Below, piece by piece: positions 58,472 through 64,000 of a stretch of DNA of 64,000 nucleotides (position 1 is its first letter; each line of letters opens with the position of its first letter). The position numbers were made by a program, and so were the translations under genes. Below the pieces are notes generated by a model, which was not told the origin of the DNA, made no database searches, and saw only the letters and a list, made by a program, of their open reading frames with translations. This DNA comes from an uncultured archaeon (GTDB lineage Archaea > Thermoproteota > Bathyarchaeia > Bathyarchaeales > Bathycorpusculaceae): contig CAWENF010000021.1 of the NCBI GenBank assembly GCA_963810275.1, forward strand, positions 32,001 through 96,000, read 5' to 3'.

Positions 58472-61400
58472 TTGTATAATCAATTCTTATTTACGCTGGG
58501 TGAATTGTTACGGCAGACAAAACAGAAGCGAATTCCAAAAGAATCAACTGATAAAAAGAATGATGAATTTCCAATCGTTGGTATTGGCGCTTCCGCAGGC
58601 GGATTAGAGCCTATTAGAGAACTTCTCAGGTATCTTCCAAATACGTTAGGGCTATCTTTTGTCATCATTCAACATTTAGCGGCTGGACAAGAAAGCCTGC
58701 TACCCGAAATTCTTGCAAGATCCACCCAAATGCAAGTTGTCCAAGTTACAGATAACATGAAAGTTACAGAAAACCACGTCTATGTTATCCCACCGGGAAC
58801 AACAATGACCTTAGAAAACGACTGCCTAAAGCTTGTGCCAAAAGTCGCCTCAGAGAGACCGATTAACTCATTCTTCACTTCTTTAGCTATTGAACGAAAA
58901 TCACAGGCAATCGGAATAGTACTCTCAGGTTTAGGTAACGATGGAACTGAAGGACTCAAGGCAATCAAAGCCGAAGGCGGAATCACCTTTGCACAAGAAC
59001 CAAAAAATGCTCAGTACGCCGATATGCCCCGCAACGCTATTGACTCACAGGCAGTAGATTTCGTTCTCCAACCTGAAAGAATTGCAAAAGAATTAACGAT
59101 TTTAGCAAAACACCCTAATCTAATTCATGCCAAAGCAAAAGAACTGGAGATTCAACTATCCAAAGAAGAAACTGATCTTAGAAAAATACTCATGTTAATC
59201 AAAACCACTTTTGGTGTAGATTTTACCCACTACAAACAAACTACCATTAACCGTCGAATAACCCGCCGTTTGGTTATCAACAAATCAGAGAACTTGCGTG
59301 AATATGTGGATGTTTTACGCTCTAACAAAAAAGAGTTACAGACATTATTTGATGACTTGCTCATAGGTGTTACCAGTTTCTTTAGAGAGCCAAAAACGTT
59401 TGAAATCTTAAAACAAAAAGTGTTCCCTCAAATAATACAGGACAGATCATCAGGCAGTGAAAAGCTGCGTTTTTGGGTTCCAGCATGCTCAACTGGTGAA
59501 GAAGCATATTCTCTTGCAATCGCTCTTCAAGAATATCTTCAAGATAACGATATACTCAATATTAGCGTGCAAATATTTGGAACCGACGCAAACGAAAAAA
59601 GCATAGAGAAAGCACGCCAAGGAACTTATCCCAAAGCAATAGAAGAGAACGTTTCTGAAGGTAGACTCAAGCAGTTTTTCACCAAGTTTGATGGACGATA
59701 TCAGATAGCAAAGCCTATACGGGATATGTGTGTTTTTGCCAAACACGACATAACCACTGACCCGCCCTTCTCCAATTTAGATCTTATTATTTGCCGCAAT
59801 TTGCTAATCTACTTTGACCCCTACCTCCAAGAAAGAGTCCTGCCAGTGCTGCATTACGGGCTAAAACCCGACGGTTTTCTAGTCTTAGGTGAATCGGAAA
59901 GCGTCGGAAAGTTTCAATACCTCTTTGAACCACTCACCATAAAAAGCACCATCTTTAAGAAAAAACGAGCCCAGCCGCAAGCGGCCATAGAGACGGGAAC
60001 TTTTGTACCGTACACGGCTAAGAAAATCTATAATCCGCCTCAAAAAACAGATGCAATGACTTCATTAAAACAAGAAATCGATAATGAATTAATCGAGCAG
60101 TATGTTCCTGCAACATTGCTAACTAACAGCAATTTAGATATTCTCTTTTTCCGCGGTCAAGTTAACCCATACCTAATACATGAATCTGGCGCCGCAAGCT
60201 TCAATGTTAAAAAAATTGTTAAAAAAGAGTTAAGGCCACAGGTTCAAATGGCTATTCTTAGAGCGAAAAAAGAAAACAAAGCAGTTACTGATCGAGTTAC
60301 ATTCGAAGAAAAAGAGATAAATAGAATAGTGGAAATTCAGGCTAAACCGTTTAACGCATCAGAGTTCGACGAGACCTTCTTCTTCATAAGCTTCAAAGAA
60401 TCATCAGTCCCTGCGCTTAAAACTCTCATAAATGAGGAAGAACCGAAACTAGCGGGTGAGGATTTACGAGAAAAACAAATCCGTGAGTTAACTGAAGATT
60501 TGATCGCCTCTAAGCAGACCTTACAATCCATTATTGAATCGCATGAAGCAACAACAGAAGAGTTACGTTCAACAATAGAAGAAGCGCAATCAAGCAACGA
60601 AGCCCTTCAGAGCACTAACGAGGAATTGGAAACAGCTAAAGAGGAGTTGCAATCAAGCAATGAAGAGTTACAGACCCTCAATGAGGAACTAAAAAATCGT
60701 AACGAATTACTAACCTCAACAAATGATGACTTGGCAAACTTGATAAAAAACGTCGATACCACAGTTGTTATAGTGGATAACAATTTTACAATAAGGCGGG
60801 CAACCGCGTCAGCTTGGGGCGCCCTTAACATTCAGCCATCAGATATTGGGCATGCTATTTTTGCAACAAATATTGGAAACTTCATCAAGAACTTAGAAAC
60901 CAAGCTAAATAACGTAACTACAAACTTTACGCAGGTAGTGCAAGAGGTAGCAGGACAAAATGGTTTGTACTATGAGCTTAGAATTCGCCCATATTTGACT
61001 TCCAGTAAAAAAATTGCTGGAGCCGTCTTAACCTTCGTTAACATTACGGAAAGAAAGCTTCTTGAAATACAGCAAAAAGGTCACACAGAGAAGCTTGAGG
61101 CGCACGTTAAAACCCAAGAAGCCAAATTGATCGATTCCGAACGCATGGCAGCTATTGGCCAAACCGCCGGAATGGTTGGACATGACCTCCGCAATCCTTT
61201 GCAAACTTTAGTCGGCGAATTATACTTGGCGGAAAAAGCTTTAGAAGAATTACCTGATAGTGAGCAGAAAGACAGCCTACATGAAAGCATAGCGGCTATT
61301 TCTGAGCAGATGCATTATATGGATAAGATAGTTAGTGATTTGCAGACTTTCGTTAAGCCGGTTGAGGTACATAAAGAAAAAATCGATTTAGAGAAGAAAA

Positions 61401-61804
61401 TTTATGGTATTTTGTCGCAAATTGATGTTCCCAAAGGGATTAAAATTGATGTTGATGTTCACAAAGATTTCTCTTTAGAAGCTGATACTCAACTTCTCAG
61501 AAGAGTCCTCATAAATCTAGTGACTAATGCAATTCAAGCTATGCCCGAAGGAGGAAAAATAACTTTTGAGGCAAAAAGAATCAATGACGAGAGAGTGGAA
61601 ATTACTGTTGGAGATACTGGACTTGGTATTCCTGATGGGATTAATTCAAAAATTTTCACTCCATTATTTACAACTAAATCGCGAGGTCAGGGCTTCGGTT
61701 TAGTGGTATGTAAGAGGGTAATTGAAGCTCAAGGTGGAACGATAGAATTTGAGAGCCGAGTCGGCAAAGGAACAAAATTCAGAATAGAACTACCCATTCA
61801 ATAG
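58472..61804 (+). CDS. CheB-CheR-coiled-coil-PAS-histidine kinase fusion (paralog of 24207-27488)
   Basis: GASAGG, GVTSFFRE, CSTGEEAYS, NEELQ repeats, HDLRNPL. Confidence 0.92.
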   Translation: MYNQFLFTLGELLRQTKQKRIPKESTDKKNDEFPIVGIGASAGGLEPIRELLRYLPNTLGLSFVIIQHLAAGQESLLPEILARSTQMQVVQVTDNMKVTENHVYVIPPGTTMTLENDCLKLVPKVASERPINSFFTSLAIERKSQAIGIVLSGLGNDGTEGLKAIKAEGGITFAQEPKNAQYADMPRNAIDSQAVDFVLQPERIAKELTILAKHPNLIHAKAKELEIQLSKEETDLRKILMLIKTTFGVDFTHYKQTTINRRITRRLVINKSENLREYVDVLRSNKKELQTLFDDLLIGVTSFFREPKTFEILKQKVFPQIIQDRSSGSEKLRFWVPACSTGEEAYSLAIALQEYLQDNDILNISVQIFGTDANEKSIEKARQGTYPKAIEENVSEGRLKQFFTKFDGRYQIAKPIRDMCVFAKHDITTDPPFSNLDLIICRNLLIYFDPYLQERVLPVLHYGLKPDGFLVLGESESVGKFQYLFEPLTIKSTIFKKKRAQPQAAIETGTFVPYTAKKIYNPPQKTDAMTSLKQEIDNELIEQYVPATLLTNSNLDILFFRGQVNPYLIHESGAASFNVKKIVKKELRPQVQMAILRAKKENKAVTDRVTFEEKEINRIVEIQAKPFNASEFDETFFFISFKESSVPALKTLINEEEPKLAGEDLREKQIRELTEDLIASKQTLQSIIESHEATTEELRSTIEEAQSSNEALQSTNEELETAKEELQSSNEELQTLNEELKNRNELLTSTNDDLANLIKNVDTTVVIVDNNFTIRRATASAWGALNIQPSDIGHAIFATNIGNFIKNLETKLNNVTTNFTQVVQEVAGQNGLYYELRIRPYLTSSKKIAGAVLTFVNITERKLLEIQQKGHTEKLEAHVKTQEAKLIDSERMAAIGQTAGMVGHDLRNPLQTLVGELYLAEKALEELPDSEQKDSLHESIAAISEQMHYMDKIVSDLQTFVKPVEVHKEKIDLEKKIYGILSQIDVPKGIKIDVDVHKDFSLEADTQLLRRVLINLVTNAIQAMPEGGKITFEAKRINDERVEITVGDTGLGIPDGINSKIFTPLFTTKSRGQGFGLVVCKRVIEAQGGTIEFESRVGKGTKFRIELPIQ

Positions 61805-62294
61805 TTTGGGTTTAGCGTTTAACTGGACCCCATAGTTTTATCATTTTGGTTTTCGCACATTTTCCTATAATTCCACATCGGTTTCGCCGCTTAACGCTTG
61901 TTGCAAGTTTTGTAACGATGGTCCCGATGGCATATAAAATTAAAAATGCAAACCAAAGACGAAAAAGATAATGATAAACAAAGTATTGATTACTTCTGCA
62001 ACGAAAAATGGTGTAACTACTCTAATTATAAAAATACATAAAAATGGGTTACAAGATAAAAACTCAAAAGTACAAACTCCAACCAATTCACAGGCTATTT
62101 GGGAAGAGTCATCGACTACAATAATAAGGTGCCTTACGGCAGAATGTAATGGAAGTAGACTACAAATTTGCATTACGAAAGCACGGATTTAGAGAGATTG
62201 AACCCAGAGTCGATGATTTACTTTATTTAAGCGAAATCCTCAGTTTGAGCCATGAACTCGCTTAAAAAATCATGAACAAAAAGGGATATGCAAA

Positions 62295-63035
62295 TTGAAG
62301 CAAAGAATTTTGCCCGTAGGATATAATGGTGCAAACAACACAGGCGCGGAAGCTAAGCTTCTGGTCGCCATCAATGAAATACGTTCAGTTCTTGGCCAAG
62401 ACGCCTGCATAACCGCACCTTCCTTAAACGAAGAAAACCTCCGCAAGTATCTCCAAGATGGCCCAACCCTTAAAATCAAAACAGTTCGACCATCTATATT
62501 TTTTGTTGACATCAGAAAACTCATCAAAGAAAACGACTTAATCATGCTTATTGAAGGAAGCACCTACATGGACACCTGGGGGTCAACTCTCCTTTGGTAC
62601 TATCTACTCGCCACAAGATACTCACATTCAATGAATAAACCCTGTATCGCCTACTCGGTAGATGAAGGCAGAGCGTCCCGTTTTAACCGTTGGCTAATTA
62701 GCCGCGAAGCAAGCAAAACTATCCTAATACTCGCAAGGACAAAGAACGCTGCTATACGGCGTCATGAATGGGGCGTGAAAGCTCCAATTGAAATCAACGC
62801 AGACAACGCGTTTGCGTTTAAACCCAACTATCAGGATCGCGACGTTCTAAAACGGGTTTGGCCTGAGGCATCCAATGCAGTAGGTATAGCCGCTGAAGAC
62901 ATCTATATGTGGCCTGTTCAGATTAAGCTTTGGGACAAAAAACAGTACTGCTACCGCTGGCCCTACTACTATCAGCATTCCAAGGTATGTCAAGAAAAAA
63001 GCGAATTATTAGTGGATGTTCTTGCCGCCTACTAA
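62295..63035 (+). CDS. Polysaccharide pyruvyl transferase-like protein, probably 3'-truncated
   Basis: GYNGANNTGAE, EGSTYMD, ADNAF. Confidence 0.6.
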   Translation: MKQRILPVGYNGANNTGAEAKLLVAINEIRSVLGQDACITAPSLNEENLRKYLQDGPTLKIKTVRPSIFFVDIRKLIKENDLIMLIEGSTYMDTWGSTLLWYYLLATRYSHSMNKPCIAYSVDEGRASRFNRWLISREASKTILILARTKNAAIRRHEWGVKAPIEINADNAFAFKPNYQDRDVLKRVWPEASNAVGIAAEDIYMWPVQIKLWDKKQYCYRWPYYYQHSKVCQEKSELLVDVLAAY

Positions 63036-63156
63036 GAGATGGAGAAACAGAGATACAACGTATCACTAAACAAAAGGACATGAGTAAGAAAAGTGGTTTT
63101 TAAGCTTCGATACACAATACTATTGGTACTAGACTGTAACAATAAGGAGGAATATC

Positions 63157-63405
63157 ATGAGTAAATCAAGGCAAGGTGGAAGTTATGAGGGACGGCGTGG
63201 TCACGGCAAGGGTTTTAAACGTTGCCCAGTGGAGTTGGATGAAGAATTGGAAGTAGCAATTACGGAATTAAGCCCAAAAGGGGAAGGTATAGCTAGAAGT
63301 CAAGGCTACGTAATTTATGTTGCCGACACAAAACCAGGGGACATAGTAAAAGTAAAGATTAATAGATTAACCAACATGGCGGCAAATGCACAAGTGGTCA
63401 AATAG
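63157..63405 (+). CDS. Single TRAM domain protein
   Basis: CPVE...GEGIAR.QGYVIYV..TKPGD.VKVKI. Confidence 0.9.
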   Translation: MSKSRQGGSYEGRRGHGKGFKRCPVELDEELEVAITELSPKGEGIARSQGYVIYVADTKPGDIVKVKINRLTNMAANAQVVK

Positions 63406-63676
63406 ATTCGCTACTAAAAAGCGAACTAAAATCTGCCAAATCAAAGCATTTTATTACAATAAATATTTAAAAATTTGGCTAATTCTTAAAGAGTTTAAAT
63501 CCTTGTATGACACTATATAAATTTGAAGAGTCAACGATTTTGGAACTATAAAATGCTAAGTCTTCATTGTGTCAAATTCATCTCAGTTTGATTCTGAGAT
63601 AAAGCAACTCATTTGAATTCATAAAACGTTGACTACATAAAAAAACAATTACTGGATATTAAGGAGAGAATAAAAA

Positions 63677-64000
63677 ATAGCATATTTAACACAAACTCAA
63701 AGTGGTCAACCAGTCCTCATCTTGAAGGAAGGAACCACCAGAAGCAGAGGTAAAGAAGCCAAAAGAAACAATATTATGGCAGCCCGAGTAGTCGGTGAAG
63801 TACTAAAAACCACTTTAGGCCCACGGGGCATGGATAAAATGCTTATCGACAGCCTGGGTGACATAACAATAACTAACGATGGCGCCACAATTCTCAAAGA
63901 AATGGACGTGGAGCACCCTGCAGCGAAAATGATGATTGAAATCGCTAAAACCCAAGATGACATGGTAGGCGACGGAACCACGACCGCTGTTGTTTTAGCC
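63677..64000 (+). CDS. ths: Thermosome subunit, 5' part; ATA at the expected start codon; runs off the window
   Basis: [35 protein letters not shown]. Confidence 0.9.
   Translation, partial: MAYLTQTQSGQPVLILKEGTTRSRGKEAKRNNIMAARVVGEVLKTTLGPRGMDKMLIDSLGDITITNDGATILKEMDVEHPAAKMMIEIAKTQDDMVGDGTTTAVVLA

Noticed and set aside
63706-63981. Minus-strand 91-aa ORF, and similar short antisense ORFs throughout the track
   Set aside because: These are shadows of well-supported genes on the opposite strand, here the thermosome.

Overview
Archaeal DNA, probably Bathyarchaeia. This is inferred from a diphthamide-motif-less EF-2 paralog, ERLAAIG-TAGMVGHDIRNPLQ histidine kinases, a PEF-CTERM tail and PQQ-repeat proteins. 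Bases 1-9.7 kb hold housekeeping and redox genes ending at a tRNA-Lys(CTT). Downstream of the tRNA lies a long accessory region. (i) An 8.3-kb element (9907-18244) is bounded by a 14-bp duplication of the tRNA 3' end and short (CA)n/(TG)n inverted termini. It encodes a casposase-type Cas1 but no family B polymerase, and instead carries an SSB / minimal AEP primase / MCM-like helicase operon, a Doc toxin-antitoxin pair and a Schlafen-domain protein. This candidate PolB-less casposon is the top finding. (ii) A second, decayed element (about 18.26-28.9 kb) holds an HTH module, a kaiC-kaiB-kaiB-PAS kinase cluster, a CheB-CheR-kinase and a viral prohead-protease relic. (iii) A roughly 25-kb island encodes a heme-copper oxygen reductase operon (coxBACD, ctaB), three cupredoxins, a membrane polyferredoxin, Tat and a Tat-exported GMC dehydrogenase, and is flanked by two paralogous membrane-protein genes. 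(iv) The rest has transporters, a second CheB-CheR-kinase and the start of a thermosome gene. Several single-base frameshifts may be sequencing errors. All assignments are by motif recognition; no database searches were run.
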